Below, in pieces: positions 35,705 to 46,591 of a stretch of DNA of 64,000 nucleotides (positions within the stretch are counted from its first letter, which is position 1; every line of letters begins with the position of its first letter). Origin of the DNA: an uncultured bacterium (GTDB lineage Bacteria > Patescibacteriota > Minisyncoccia > Moranbacterales > UBA2206); assembly GCA_903841185.1 (NCBI GenBank), contig CAIMIV010000003.1:773-64772 (forward strand), read 5' to 3'. Both the position numbers and the translations under genes were made by a program. The notes below the pieces were generated by a model. The model was not told the origin of the DNA. It did no database searches and saw only the letters and a list, made by a program, of their open reading frames with translations.

Positions 35705-35708
35705 GCGG

Positions 35709-36761
35709 CTATAGCGGGTATAACTCCAGGAGATTGTCTCCCTCTTTTTGGCCAATGGTGCCTCCTGGCGCACTATTGGCATCAATGAACTTCAGGGTAA
35801 AGTGGCCAGAGTTATTATTGCCCTGAGTCCACCTGCCTGCATATTGCTGGTCTCCGAATCCTGTGCCAGTCAATTGGAGACCATCCTCGCATTCAATAGA
35901 GAGTGTCTCTTTAGTTCTGTGAATGCTTTTCACCAGGAAATAAACATTCTCTCCAGATCTTCTGGTTTGTTTGAACTGAAGTCTGGCGGTTGGAACAAAC
36001 ACAGTTTCGGCTGGAGACGGGTCGAGTTTTTTCGGCTCAACCTTTTTCGCAGCCTCTTTCTTATTGGGCTCCCACTTAATCTTGCGAATGGGCACCAGGG
36101 CCGACCGACTTTTCACGAAATCGCCGTGTTCATTGGCGATGAGGACGTAGGCCATTCCTTCGGTTCCGCTCCCAGCTGGGTCTTCCGACTGAGCTTTGCT
36201 CTGAAGACCAAGAGACATAATGCATTGTCCCTTGAGGAGCTGGAGATTGTCGATGGTGGTACCGGTCTCGTCGTAAGCGAGAGAGGATTCGGTTAATGTT
36301 CCGAACGTTCCCTTGCTTACTTCTGAGCTGAGCAACTCCTTTTTGATAGAGATACTCCTTTCCTCCAACTTATTGTTGACGAGCTTCTTCTCATTATTCC
36401 GCCACTCTGTGTAGGCGGGGAAGTTTGTTGTGATGTAATTTTCCATAGGGGGGAAAACTTTTCCGCCTAGGTAGATAACCACACCAAGAATTAATATTGT
36501 ACTGAAGACCCATCTCAATGGTGTGATCCAGATGGAGAGTGTCCCAATAACAAACAGGGTAGAAATCATCCCACCGTAGACTGTCCAAAATGGAATTCCC
36601 AATAGGAATAGCGTAAGCGCTAGAATTCCTACAAGGGCGATTACAACTCCCACGCCAGGAGCATGATCCAGAAAAAAAATGTACACCTCGCCGATCAAAT
36701 TTTGAACGGGGCGCAGACACAGGAGTACGATTATCCCGATTACAATAGCTGCTATTTGCAT
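35709..36761 (-). CDS. Hypothetical membrane protein (about 4 N-terminal TMs + soluble domain)
   Basis: 350-aa ORF, 3 nt downstream of 36765-37478. Confidence 0.75.
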   Translation of the reverse strand: MQIAAIVIGIIVLLCLRPVQNLIGEVYIFFLDHAPGVGVVIALVGILALTLFLLGIPFWTVYGGMISTLFVIGTLSIWITPLRWVFSTILILGVVIYLGGKVFPPMENYITTNFPAYTEWRNNEKKLVNNKLEERSISIKKELLSSEVSKGTFGTLTESSLAYDETGTTIDNLQLLKGQCIMSLGLQSKAQSEDPAGSGTEGMAYVLIANEHGDFVKSRSALVPIRKIKWEPNKKEAAKKVEPKKLDPSPAETVFVPTARLQFKQTRRSGENVYFLVKSIHRTKETLSIECEDGLQLTGTGFGDQQYAGRWTQGNNNSGHFTLKFIDANSAPGGTIGQKEGDNLLELYPL

Positions 36762-36764
36762 AAC

Positions 36765-37478
36765 TTATCTCCTTGCTTTTCTTCGTAGTTTGGCTTCTCG
36801 GATTCGACGAGCGACATCATTAGACGTCTCTTCGCTGAATAAATTTTTCACAAAACCAACAACTGGCTTTGCAGCTTCCCCAAGAGTGATGTTTTCTTGG
36901 TTGTTTTTTCCGAAATGGATAATTCTTTCTTCGAGCAAGTCCATTTTGGAATTTTCATCAGGGCACTTTGTTATTCCAAGGAAGATTCCATACCAGAGTT
37001 GGTTAGCGAAAATAAAACGTTCATTTGGGTTTTTTTCATTCGCAGTTTTATCTTCCGCCATGAGAAATACGAGACCTTTGGCTCTATCATAGAGTAGCTT
37101 TAGTCTTTGCGTTTCCTCAGGGCTTTTTCCTGCAAAATCTGGATTGTTCATTTCATAGTGCTTTTTAAGAAAAAGTAATTTATCATCAAGGGATATGCCC
37201 GTTAGGCTAACCAGAGAAGTAAAAAAAACTGATTCATCACCTCTTCCTCTCCCGCCTTTAAGGATCTCAACCAGCTTTTCCTTGACAGCTTCGTGAATAT
37301 CCGGATGGGACATAAGGTTTTTAATAAGACTCATAACTCCCCCTGCGAACACGCCTGTTGCGGCAGCTTCTGCCACCTCTCCTATGATTTTCTTCACAAC
37401 ACCGCTTTTCTTGTCAGTTGCAGGGTTAGCACTCTTATCCTCGTTTTTTCCCGTGGCATTATTCCTTGTATCAGCCAT
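36765..37478 (-). CDS. Hypothetical protein
   Basis: 237-aa ORF; AAGGAG SD; TTGACT-17-TAGTAT promoter. Confidence 0.75.
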   Translation of the reverse strand: MADTRNNATGKNEDKSANPATDKKSGVVKKIIGEVAEAAATGVFAGGVMSLIKNLMSHPDIHEAVKEKLVEILKGGRGRGDESVFFTSLVSLTGISLDDKLLFLKKHYEMNNPDFAGKSPEETQRLKLLYDRAKGLVFLMAEDKTANEKNPNERFIFANQLWYGIFLGITKCPDENSKMDLLEERIIHFGKNNQENITLGEAAKPVVGFVKNLFSEETSNDVARRIREAKLRRKARR

Positions 37479-37844
37479 AATTTTCTCCTTGTGGGTATTT
37501 AATTTTTAAGGTACGAGTCGGTTATCGGCTCGGTACCGGTAGATTCCTGATAACTTATAATACTAGCACATTTTTGGAAGAAAGTCAATGGCAGTGCAGT
37601 TTTTGGCTAATTTGAGGGATGAAATGGGAGTGGGATTTTTGGAATCTTCAAAACAACCAATGGTCAGTGCTGGAGTGGTTATTAAAGCTCGGCTTTTCGA
37701 GTGTGAAAAAAAGTGTTCCTAAAGCCAAGCTTTTTGAGGCCTGGCAAATTGTGCGATTGACAAAAACCGAGATTCTGCTATACTGAAGATACAGTTTTGA
37801 TGAGGTGATGGTCCGCGCGAGCGGGCTTTATTTTTTGAAAACTC

Positions 37845-38027
37845 AGAGCTTGTTCATAATCTCAACGCTAAATTAAAACTAAAAAAAGCTTGCCTGCTAA
37901 AATATCCTAATTTAGGCTGCAAACCGCTTAAAGCTCGTCGGGTTATCTCGATAGCCCTTCTCACTTTTCACGGTTTTCGCTCTAAATTAGAATATTTTAT
38001 CAAGGCATGAGATTACGAGCAAGCTCT
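37845..38027. mobile_element. MITE (IS5-like TIRs) in the nusA 5' leader
   Basis: AGAGCTTGTTCATAATCTC...GAGATTACGAGCAAGCTCT; same family as 48424-48583. Confidence 0.75.
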
Positions 38028-38058
38028 AAATAAGAAATTAAATAAATAACACAACAGT

Positions 38059-39396
38059 ATGGTAAGAAAAAAAACAACCGTTGCCGAAGATACTCAAGCC
38101 AATCGCATGGGGGATTTTGGCAGTGCAATCGCAGCTTTGTGTGAGGAAAAAGGTATCTCTCAAGAGAAAGTCATTGAAACCATCGAAGCGGCTTTAGCGG
38201 CTGCTTATAAAAAAGATTATGGGAAAAAAGGCCAAAACATCAAGGCAGTGTTTGATGAAAAAACCGGTAACAGTAAATTTTTCTTAGTAAAGGAAGTGGT
38301 GGATGAAACCATGCGCGAATTTGTGGAAGAAAAGGAAGAAGGAGAGGAGAATGAAAAAGAAATCAATAAGTCAAAAAAAGTGGAAGAAGTTGTTGTTGTC
38401 TCTGATGAAGAGAAGCTACCCCGCTATAATTTCGAACGAGATTTACTGCTCGCTGAAGCGAAAGCCATCAAGAAAGATGCGCAGTTGGGCGAAATCATTG
38501 AAATTGAATTGGAGCAGCACCAAGACTACGGTCGCGTGGCGGCGCAAACGGCCAAGCAAGTAATCATTCAAAGAATTCGAGAAGCGGAAAGAGATTCGAT
38601 GTTTGAGGAGTATAAAAACAGAGAAGGCGAAATCATTGCCGGCATCGTGCAACGCATTGAGGGTCGCAATGTCTTCATTGACTTGGGAAAATCAGTAGGC
38701 ATTCTTTTTCCCTCTGAACAAGTGCAACGAGAAAATTATCGCATCGGACAACGCTTGAAAGTCTATTTAGCCAAAGTGGAAGAGGGTTCCAAAGGCCCAG
38801 GCATCACCTTGAGTCGCATTCACGCTGAGATGGTGCGCAAGCTGTTTGAATTGGAAGTGCCAGAGATTTTTGCCGGCACGGTGGAAATCAAATCGATTGC
38901 TCGAGAAGCGGGGGACCGCACCAAGATGGCGGTATTTTCAGCGGAGCCCGGTATTGATCCAATCGGTTCTTGCGTCGGACAAAAAGGCACCCGCGTGCAA
39001 GCTATTATTGATGAATTGGGAGGGGAAAAAATTGATATTATTTTATGGAATGAAGATGTGGCAAAATTCATCGGTGCAGCGCTGGCTCCGGCCAAAGTGC
39101 TGAAAGTGGAGATTCGCGAAGAGAGCAAGGAGGCTACTGTTTCCGTGCCGGAAGACCAGTTGTCTTTGGCGATTGGCAAGAGAGGGCAGAATGTGCGCTT
39201 GGCAGCCAAGCTAACCGGTTGGAAGATTGATATTGTGGGAGTCAAACCTGTTGCAGAAGCTCCGCTTGAAAATGAAAAAGAAAATGAGAAAGAAGAATTG
39301 GTAATTGTGGAGGTGGAAACGGAAGTTAAAAAGAAAAAAGCCGCTCCTGTTAAGAAAACAAAAAAGGTTGCCGAAGAAGTTCCGAGTGAAGAATAG
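38059..39396 (+). CDS. nusA: Transcription termination/antitermination factor NusA
   Basis: GRVAAQTAKQVI, EVPEI, AREAG.RTK, GSCVG.KG.RV, SLAIGKRGQNVRLA. Confidence 0.97.
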   Translation: MVRKKTTVAEDTQANRMGDFGSAIAALCEEKGISQEKVIETIEAALAAAYKKDYGKKGQNIKAVFDEKTGNSKFFLVKEVVDETMREFVEEKEEGEENEKEINKSKKVEEVVVVSDEEKLPRYNFERDLLLAEAKAIKKDAQLGEIIEIELEQHQDYGRVAAQTAKQVIIQRIREAERDSMFEEYKNREGEIIAGIVQRIEGRNVFIDLGKSVGILFPSEQVQRENYRIGQRLKVYLAKVEEGSKGPGITLSRIHAEMVRKLFELEVPEIFAGTVEIKSIAREAGDRTKMAVFSAEPGIDPIGSCVGQKGTRVQAIIDELGGEKIDIILWNEDVAKFIGAALAPAKVLKVEIREESKEATVSVPEDQLSLAIGKRGQNVRLAAKLTGWKIDIVGVKPVAEAPLENEKENEKEELVIVEVETEVKKKKAAPVKKTKKVAEEVPSEE

Positions 39397-39431
39397 GTCT
39401 AATAAATAATTATTAACAGCATTATCAAAAA

Positions 39432-40358
39432 ATGAAAAAAGTAATTATTGTAGGGCACAAAAATCCAGATACAGACTCTGTTATTTCCGCTATCGCAGCG
39501 CAAGAATTGTTCTCGAAGCTTGGTTTTGAAACAGTGGCCAAGCGAGCCGGCGAAGCGAATAATGAGACAAAATTTATTCTCAAAAAACTGGGCATTGCCA
39601 TGCCAGAATTGGTGACGGCACTTCAGGAGGATGAAACAGTTATGTTGGTGGATCATAATGAAGAATCACAGAGCTTTGATCAATTGGATTATGCTAAGGT
39701 GAGTCACATCATCGATCATCACAAGCTGTCTCTCAAGACGGAAGCCCCAATTTTTTGTCGAGTAGAACCGGTTGGGAGCACCGCTTCTTTGCTGGCCAAG
39801 ATGTTTTTTGAGAACGGGGTAGTGCTTTCACAGAAAATAGCTCAGCTGTTGATGGCGGGTATCTTATCAGATACATTGAATCTGACTTCACCGACAACGA
39901 CCATTGAAGACAAAGATTTATTGGAAAAACTCAACGGAATAGCCAAGATGGATGTGAATGGTTTTGTGGTAGAAATGTTTGCGGCAAAATCAAGTTTGGA
40001 TGGAATTTCCGTGGAGGATATTATTCGCATTGATTATAAGACCTTTGAAATGGGGAAATATAATGTTGGCGTCGGGACATGGGAGACGACATTACCAGAA
40101 AGTGTTTCTGCAAAGAAAACTGAAATTATGCAAGCGCTCCGTCATGAGAAGGAGGCAGTCAAGCTAGATTACATTTTCTTTATGGTTGTGGATATTCTCA
40201 AGCAGAATTGCCAGTTATATTTGGTGGGAGAAAAAGAGCAGACATTGGCAGTGAAAATTTTCGCTGGGAAAATAACGAATAATGAAATGTTTTTGCCTGG
40301 CGTGGTTTCTCGAAAAAAACAAATCGTGCCGCAACTGACGGAAGCATTGAATAATTAA
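39432..40358 (+). CDS. ppaC: Manganese-dependent inorganic pyrophosphatase (family II)
   Basis: GHKNPDTDS, VDHNE, IDHH, SDTL..SPTT, SRKKQ. Confidence 0.95.
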   Translation: MKKVIIVGHKNPDTDSVISAIAAQELFSKLGFETVAKRAGEANNETKFILKKLGIAMPELVTALQEDETVMLVDHNEESQSFDQLDYAKVSHIIDHHKLSLKTEAPIFCRVEPVGSTASLLAKMFFENGVVLSQKIAQLLMAGILSDTLNLTSPTTTIEDKDLLEKLNGIAKMDVNGFVVEMFAAKSSLDGISVEDIIRIDYKTFEMGKYNVGVGTWETTLPESVSAKKTEIMQALRHEKEAVKLDYIFFMVVDILKQNCQLYLVGEKEQTLAVKIFAGKITNNEMFLPGVVSRKKQIVPQLTEALNN

Positions 40359-40379
40359 TTTAAATTTCTAGATAAAATA

Positions 40380-41663
40380 ATGATAAAGAAATTACCAAAA
40401 TCAACAGTGGAATTTGAGGTGATCATCGAATGGAAGGAATGGGAAAAATATTTGGATTTGGCGGCTAGCGAAATTTCGCAAGAAATCAAGATTCCGGGTT
40501 TTCGTCCCGGAAAAGCTCCTCGCCATATGGTGGCGCAAAAAGTGGGAGAAGAGATGATTTTGAGCAACGCAGCGGAAAAAGCCGTGCAAAAAAGTTATGT
40601 GAACTTCATTGTTAAGGAAAAAATCGATGTGATTGGTAGTCCTAAAGTGGAAATTGAAAAAATAGAAACCGGAAAAGACTTGGTTTATAAAGTGGTGGTA
40701 GCGGTGATGCCGAGCGCCACAGTGAAAGATGCCTATAAGAAGGCGGTCAAGAAAGTGAATGAGGAAATGGCTGCCAAATCACTAGAAGTGACAGAGGAAG
40801 AAATTACTCAGGAGTTACAAAATTTGGCCAATGGCCGAGTGAAGTTGGTCACCGTTAGTCGGGCTATCGGCAAGGATGATAGCGTGGAAATTGATTTTGT
40901 CGTGCTGGTGGATAATGTGCCGATTGAAAATGGCACCAGTAAAAATCATCCCTTGGTGATTGGCAAGGGAGTTTTCATTCCGGGCTTTGAAGAAAATCTT
41001 ATCGGCATGCGAGAAGGAGAAGAGAAAGAATTTGAATTGACCTTTCCGGAAAAATATCACAAAAAAGATTTAGCCGGCAAATTAGCCAAGTTCAGAGTGA
41101 CAGTAAAATTGGTGCAAGAAAGACAGACGCCAGAAATCGGAGATGACTTTGCTAAATCACTGGGAGACTTCGCGGACTTGGCAGCGCTCAAGACAAATAT
41201 TGAAAAAGGGATTAAGGAAGAAAAAGAAGAAAAGCATAAGGAAGAAAGAAGAACTAAAATATTGGATAAAATTGTTGAGTATGTGGAGGTGGATTTACCG
41301 GAGGTGATAGTTAAGGAAGAAGTGAATAAAATGATGCTCGAGTTTGAACAGCAAATTCAATCCATGGGTATGAACCTGGAACAATATTTAGGCCAACTGA
41401 AAAAAGAGAAAAAGGATCTGGAAAAAGATTGGGAACCGCAAGCGGAAAAAAGAGTACAATCCGCCCTAGCTTTGCGCGAGATTGTGAAGATGGAAGAAAT
41501 TTCCATTGACGCGGCCGAAGTGGAAGTGGAGATGAATAAAACTTTGCAATATTATAAAAATGTGAAGGATTTCGAAAAGAATGTTGATATGGAAAGGCTA
41601 TACGCGCATACCAAAAGCATTTTGGAAAATGAGGAAGTATTCCAAATGCTCGAAAAGATTTAA
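40380..41663 (+). CDS. tig: Trigger factor
   Basis: IPGFRPGKAP; FIPGFEE; FPEKYH. Confidence 0.95.
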   Translation: MIKKLPKSTVEFEVIIEWKEWEKYLDLAASEISQEIKIPGFRPGKAPRHMVAQKVGEEMILSNAAEKAVQKSYVNFIVKEKIDVIGSPKVEIEKIETGKDLVYKVVVAVMPSATVKDAYKKAVKKVNEEMAAKSLEVTEEEITQELQNLANGRVKLVTVSRAIGKDDSVEIDFVVLVDNVPIENGTSKNHPLVIGKGVFIPGFEENLIGMREGEEKEFELTFPEKYHKKDLAGKLAKFRVTVKLVQERQTPEIGDDFAKSLGDFADLAALKTNIEKGIKEEKEEKHKEERRTKILDKIVEYVEVDLPEVIVKEEVNKMMLEFEQQIQSMGMNLEQYLGQLKKEKKDLEKDWEPQAEKRVQSALALREIVKMEEISIDAAEVEVEMNKTLQYYKNVKDFEKNVDMERLYAHTKSILENEEVFQMLEKI

Positions 41664-41779
41664 AATAACCAAATAATATACAATGACTAAAATTCAAATT
41701 ACAAACAATTGATTATTGAAAGATTGAATATTGGAATTTGTTTGATGTTTGTTTCTTGGTTATTGGTGATTTAATTATT

Positions 41780-42376
41780 ATGGAAAATACAACTAACAAT
41801 CAGTACTTAATTCCGACAGTAATTGAGAAAACCAGCTATGGTGAACGAGCGTATGATATCTACTCCCGACTACTCAAAGACAGGATTATCTTTTTGAGCG
41901 GTCCGATTGATGACGGAGTGGCTAATAGCATTATTGCGCAACTGCTTTTTCTGGATTCACAATCGAATAAAGAAGATATCAAAATCTATATTAATTCACC
42001 AGGTGGTCAGGTGACGGCTGCTTTGGCCATTTACGATACGATGCAATATGTGAAAGCTGATGTTTCCACAATTTGCATCGGGCTAGCGGCTTCTGCAGCT
42101 GCCTTGCTGCTAACTGGCGGAGTCAATGGCAAACGGATGATTTTGCCTAATGGGGAAGTGTTGATTCATCAAGTTATGGGCGGTGCTCAGGGCCAGGCTA
42201 CTGACATGATGATTCATACGGAACATATTCTGCGCACGAAAAAAAGACTGAATGAGATTATGGCCAAGCACACCGGGCAACTCGTAACCAAAATTGCTCA
42301 AGACACCGACCGGGATTATTTTATGACAGGGGAGGAAGCGAAAAAGTATGGCATTGTGGATAAAATTATCAAATAG
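41780..42376 (+). CDS. clpP: ATP-dependent Clp protease proteolytic subunit
   Basis: [31 protein letters not shown]. Confidence 0.97.
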   Translation: MENTTNNQYLIPTVIEKTSYGERAYDIYSRLLKDRIIFLSGPIDDGVANSIIAQLLFLDSQSNKEDIKIYINSPGGQVTAALAIYDTMQYVKADVSTICIGLAASAAALLLTGGVNGKRMILPNGEVLIHQVMGGAQGQATDMMIHTEHILRTKKRLNEIMAKHTGQLVTKIAQDTDRDYFMTGEEAKKYGIVDKIIK

Positions 42377-42432
42377 TGTAGAAAACATAATAAAAAAACC
42401 TATCTGCTCAAAAGATAGGTTTTTTTGTGGTT

Positions 42433-43989
42433 TTATTGCAGTAAGGGAAGGAGACTTTCTCCGGTCATATCTTCTGGTTGAGGAAGGCCCATTAGCTCCA
42501 AAATAGTGGGGGCGATGTCTCCCAATAATCCTTGCGGAGCCATATCGGCGATGTCCTTTTCCGGATGATGATTTTCTCCCGTAACCAACCACACCGGCAC
42601 CGGATTAACGGAGTGCTCCGTATTGATTTCACCAGTCAGGCTGTTGGAAATTTCTTCCGCATTACCATGGTCGGCGGTAATTAGCAGGCAACCATTTTTG
42701 ACCAGCACAGCGGGAATGAGTCTTTCCAAGCATCGATCAATAGCTTCCACGGCTTTGATAGTAGCTTCCATTTTTCCGGTGTGGCCGACGATATCCGCAT
42801 TGGCGTAATTGATTAGAATAAAATCATACTTTTCTTTTTCTACATTCTCAATAACAGTATCTGTTACCTCCAGGGCGCTCATCTCCGGAGCGAGATCAAA
42901 GCTCACCACATTTTTAGAGGGAATAATAACACGATCTTCTTTGGGAAAAGCTTCTTCTTGTCCACCATTGAAAAAGTAGGTCACATGGGCAAATTTTTCA
43001 GTCTCGGCAATGCGTAGCTGAGTTTTTTTGTTGCGGCTAATGATATTTCCCAGGCAATCAGTGAGTTTTAGGGGAGGGAAGGCCACGTTAACCGGGAGAC
43101 CTTCTTCGTATTGGGTCATGGTTACAAAATTGATGTTTTTGAGTTCAGTTCTTTTAAATTTCATGAAGCCGGGCAGGGTAAAGGCTTTGGTGATTTCGCG
43201 CGCGCGATCCTCCCGGAAATTAAAAAAGATCACGGAATCCCCGTCTTGAATGGTGGCGACCGGGTGACCTTCCTGCATCACTACTGCCGGTTCGATGTAT
43301 TCATCATAGACGCCTTTGGTGTAAGAATCTTCCAGGTAAGCGACGACGTCGGTAATGGCCACATCCTCTCCTTGTGTCATGGTGCGGTAAGCCTTTTCAA
43401 CTTTATCCCAACTGTTATTTCTATCCATGCCAAAATAGCGGCCTCCAATGGTAGCGATTTTTCCGATGCCGATAGCCGCCATTCTCTTTTGTAGATCACG
43501 AATAGCTTGAGCGCCGGAGTCTTGAGCGCAATCCCGTCCGTCAGAGAAAATATGTAGAAAAACATTGGCTACTCCCTGGCTCTTGGCCATTTCCAGCAGG
43601 GCATGGAGGTGATCAGTGTGCGAATGCACTGCTCCTGTGCCCACTAGCCCCATCAAATGCAAGGAAGTTTTATGTTTATTGGCATCCGCCATGGCCTGGA
43701 GAAAGGCCGGGTTTTTATAAAAAGTACCATTTTGAATGCTCATCGATATTCGGGGCAGACTTTGATAGATTATTTTCCCTGTGCCAATTGTGATGTGTCC
43801 TACCTCGGAATTGCCGCATTCTCCCCAGGGCAATCCAACCGAAATGCCTGAAGCTTGAATGCTTATATTGGGGTAGCGATGATTAAGTTTATCGATGGTA
43901 GGAAGATTAGCTTCAGCGATGGCATTGCCTCGGGGACTAGTTCCGATTCCCCAGCCATCCAAAATGATTAAAACGACGGGCTTAAACAT
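42433..43989 (-). CDS. gpmI: 2,3-bisphosphoglycerate-independent phosphoglycerate mutase
   Basis: ILDGWG, GNSEVGH, DGRD, AETEKFAHVT, DIVGH, TADHGN. Confidence 0.96.
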   Translation of the reverse strand: MFKPVVLIILDGWGIGTSPRGNAIAEANLPTIDKLNHRYPNISIQASGISVGLPWGECGNSEVGHITIGTGKIIYQSLPRISMSIQNGTFYKNPAFLQAMADANKHKTSLHLMGLVGTGAVHSHTDHLHALLEMAKSQGVANVFLHIFSDGRDCAQDSGAQAIRDLQKRMAAIGIGKIATIGGRYFGMDRNNSWDKVEKAYRTMTQGEDVAITDVVAYLEDSYTKGVYDEYIEPAVVMQEGHPVATIQDGDSVIFFNFREDRAREITKAFTLPGFMKFKRTELKNINFVTMTQYEEGLPVNVAFPPLKLTDCLGNIISRNKKTQLRIAETEKFAHVTYFFNGGQEEAFPKEDRVIIPSKNVVSFDLAPEMSALEVTDTVIENVEKEKYDFILINYANADIVGHTGKMEATIKAVEAIDRCLERLIPAVLVKNGCLLITADHGNAEEISNSLTGEINTEHSVNPVPVWLVTGENHHPEKDIADMAPQGLLGDIAPTILELMGLPQPEDMTGESLLPLLQ

Positions 43990-44293
43990 AAAATAATTTT
44001 TTAGAGGATTTATGTATGAATAATACCATTTTACGTTATCTTTGACAAAAAGCCTTCTATGTAATAAGATTTCAATAGGCTATTATATTTATTTATGAAA
44101 GGCACGAGCCTTCTAATGGAAGGAAAATACGTGTTTTGAATGATATAAAGCACAGAACATAATAATTTGTTTAAACTGATTTATTTATTGATAAATTTTT
44201 GGTGCAGTAACTATGGTAAAATTATTGCAAATTAGTAAAAAAGAAGCATGAGCATAGCTAATATTATTTATCAACTGAATAGAAGAAATCACC

Positions 44294-45811
44294 ATGGAAA
44301 TCATAATTGGCGCTTTAAGCTTGCTTTTAGGCGCATCTTTTGGCTATTATGCCAGACAATCAATTGCCAAAAAGCAGTTGAATACAGCAGAAAGTAACGC
44401 GGCAAAAGCTTTAGAAGAGGCAGAAAAAAAGGTCAAAGAAATCGTTATTGAGGCTAAGGGCAAGGCTGTGGATATCTTGGAAGAAGCCAAGAAGAAGGAG
44501 CAAGAGCGAGAACAAAAAATAGCCCGTTCCGAGGAACGGCTGGAAAAAAGAGAAGTGACCTTAGAAGGAAAAATAGAGGAAATTGAGCGGGGGCGGGAGC
44601 TGCTGGAAAAAAAGGCTGGGGAAATCCGTCAAATTAGAAAAGAAGTGGATGAAACGAGAGCACAAGAACTGAAAAGATTGGAGAAGATAGCCGGACTGTC
44701 CAAGGAAGATGCCAAGAACGTTTTATTGCAACTAACAGAGGAGGAAAATCGTGATCTTATTGCGAAAAGAATCAAGAGTCTGGAAGCTACCGGGCAAGAG
44801 GAATTGAATAAAAAAGCGAAAGACATCATGACTTCCGCTATTCAAAAATATGCCGGTTCCCATTCGGCTGATGTGACCACAAGTACTGTTAATATTCCTT
44901 CGGATGAAGTGAAAGGTAGAATTATTGGGAGAGAGGGAAGGAACATCAAAACGTTAGAGCGATTAACCGGGATTGAAATTATCGTAGATGACACGCCGGA
45001 GGCGATTGTGATTTCCGGTTTTGATCCTATTCGAAGAGAAATCGCCAAAATTGCTATTGAAAAATTATTGGGAGACGGCAGAATTCATCCGACAAAAATT
45101 GAGGAAGCAGTGGAATTTGCCAAGCAAGAAATTAATAACAAAATTCGGGAGGCAGGAGAGGCGGCGGTGTATGATGTGGGCGTGGCCGGACTGGATCCCA
45201 AACTGGTGCAGATCATTGGCAGACTGCGTTATCGCACCAGTTATGGACAAAACGCGTTGTTACACTCACTAGAAGTAGCGCATCTTTCAGGCGCGCTGGC
45301 TTCGGAGTTGGGAGCGGATGTGGCGATTGCAAAAAAAGCGGGATTGCTGCATGACATCGGAAAAGCAATCGATCATGAAGTGGAAGGAACGCACGTGGAG
45401 ATTGGCATCAAGATTTTACAAAAGTTCAATATTGGAAAAGAAATTATTGATGCGATGAAATCACATCATGAGGATTATCCATTTGATAGTCCGGAATCGA
45501 TGATTATTGCGGCTGCTGATGCCATTTCGGCCAGTCGTCCAGGAGCTAGAAAAGATACCTTGGAAAATTATTTAAAGCGCTTAGGAGAATTGGAAGACGT
45601 TGTGAATTCTTTTGAAGAAGTGGAGAAGAGTTATGCCATCCAAGCCGGAAGAGAAATTCGGGTATTTGTGAAGCCGGATAAAACCGATGATTTAGGCGCC
45701 ATCAAGCTAGCGCGTTCCATCGCGGATAAGATCGAGGCGGAACTGAAATATCCGGGAGAGATCAAGGTGAATGTTATTCGGGAGACCAGAGCGACAGAAG
45801 TGGCTCGATAA
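44294..45811 (+). CDS. rny: Ribonuclease Y
   Basis: N-term TM, coiled coil, KGRIIGREGRNI, LHDIGK, SRPGAR. Confidence 0.96.
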   Translation: MEIIIGALSLLLGASFGYYARQSIAKKQLNTAESNAAKALEEAEKKVKEIVIEAKGKAVDILEEAKKKEQEREQKIARSEERLEKREVTLEGKIEEIERGRELLEKKAGEIRQIRKEVDETRAQELKRLEKIAGLSKEDAKNVLLQLTEEENRDLIAKRIKSLEATGQEELNKKAKDIMTSAIQKYAGSHSADVTTSTVNIPSDEVKGRIIGREGRNIKTLERLTGIEIIVDDTPEAIVISGFDPIRREIAKIAIEKLLGDGRIHPTKIEEAVEFAKQEINNKIREAGEAAVYDVGVAGLDPKLVQIIGRLRYRTSYGQNALLHSLEVAHLSGALASELGADVAIAKKAGLLHDIGKAIDHEVEGTHVEIGIKILQKFNIGKEIIDAMKSHHEDYPFDSPESMIIAAADAISASRPGARKDTLENYLKRLGELEDVVNSFEEVEKSYAIQAGREIRVFVKPDKTDDLGAIKLARSIADKIEAELKYPGEIKVNVIRETRATEVAR

Positions 45812-45923
45812 GCGTGGTGGGCTGTGGATAACTAATTTGACTTATTTCAGGCAAAAGAAGCATAATAGAGGAGCAGTAATAATTCTGTGGATTTAAAATA
45901 AAACTAGAAAGGCGGGTGAAATT

Positions 45924-46205
45924 ATGATAAATGTAAATAAAGATGCTTTGGTTAGCGCCATCGCCACAAAAACTGAACAATCAAAGAAAGACGTGGAATT
46001 AGTGATTGATACTTTGATTGAAGAAATTACCAAGGGTATGCAAGCTGGTAATAAAGTAGCTTTAACCGGTTTCGGAACATTTAAGGTTTCTGCAAGAGCA
46101 GCTCGAATGGGGATCAATCCTCAGACCAAGGCCAAGATAGAAATTCCCGCTATGCGAGTGCCCAAGTTTACCGCTGGAAAAACATTAAAAGAAGCTGTTA
46201 AATAG
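45924..46205 (+). CDS. hup: HU DNA-binding protein
   Basis: GFGTF, R.GINPQT, VPKFTAGK.LKEAV. Confidence 0.95.
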   Translation: MINVNKDALVSAIATKTEQSKKDVELVIDTLIEEITKGMQAGNKVALTGFGTFKVSARAARMGINPQTKAKIEIPAMRVPKFTAGKTLKEAVK

Positions 46206-46341
46206 ACAGAATCTTTTTAGCAAGAATCCTCTCGCGCATTGAGAGGATTTTTGCTTCCAGACTTGGGTTGCCAATAGGAAGTTACTTGTTGACGAAAGCG
46301 GGAAATGAATGTAATATCTATAAGTAGCTAATATAGAAAGA

Positions 46342-46412
46342 CGGGGCGTTGTGTAATGGTAGCGCGCTTGGTTTGGGACCAAGTAGTCCGAGTTCGAGTC
46401 TCGGCGCCCCGA
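46342..46412 (+). tRNA. tRNA-Pro(TGG)
   Basis: CGGGGCG/CGCCCCG acceptor; CTTGG-TT TGG GA-CCAAG. Confidence 0.95.
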
Positions 46413-46519
46413 CAAATGGACAATTTTGAATTTATAATTTTGAAGGAATTTCGAAATTAAAAATTATAGCATTAGGATTTGATTTAAAATTCGAAATTGG
46501 AAATTTAAAATTGAAACAA

Positions 46520-46591
46520 GCGGGTGTCGTATAGTGGCTATTATATCAGCCTTCCAAGCTGAGGAGGGGGGTTCGATTCCCCCTACCCGCT
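46520..46591 (+). tRNA. tRNA-Gly(TCC)
   Basis: GCGGGTG/TACCCGC acceptor; TCAGC-CT TCC AA-GCTGA. Confidence 0.95.
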
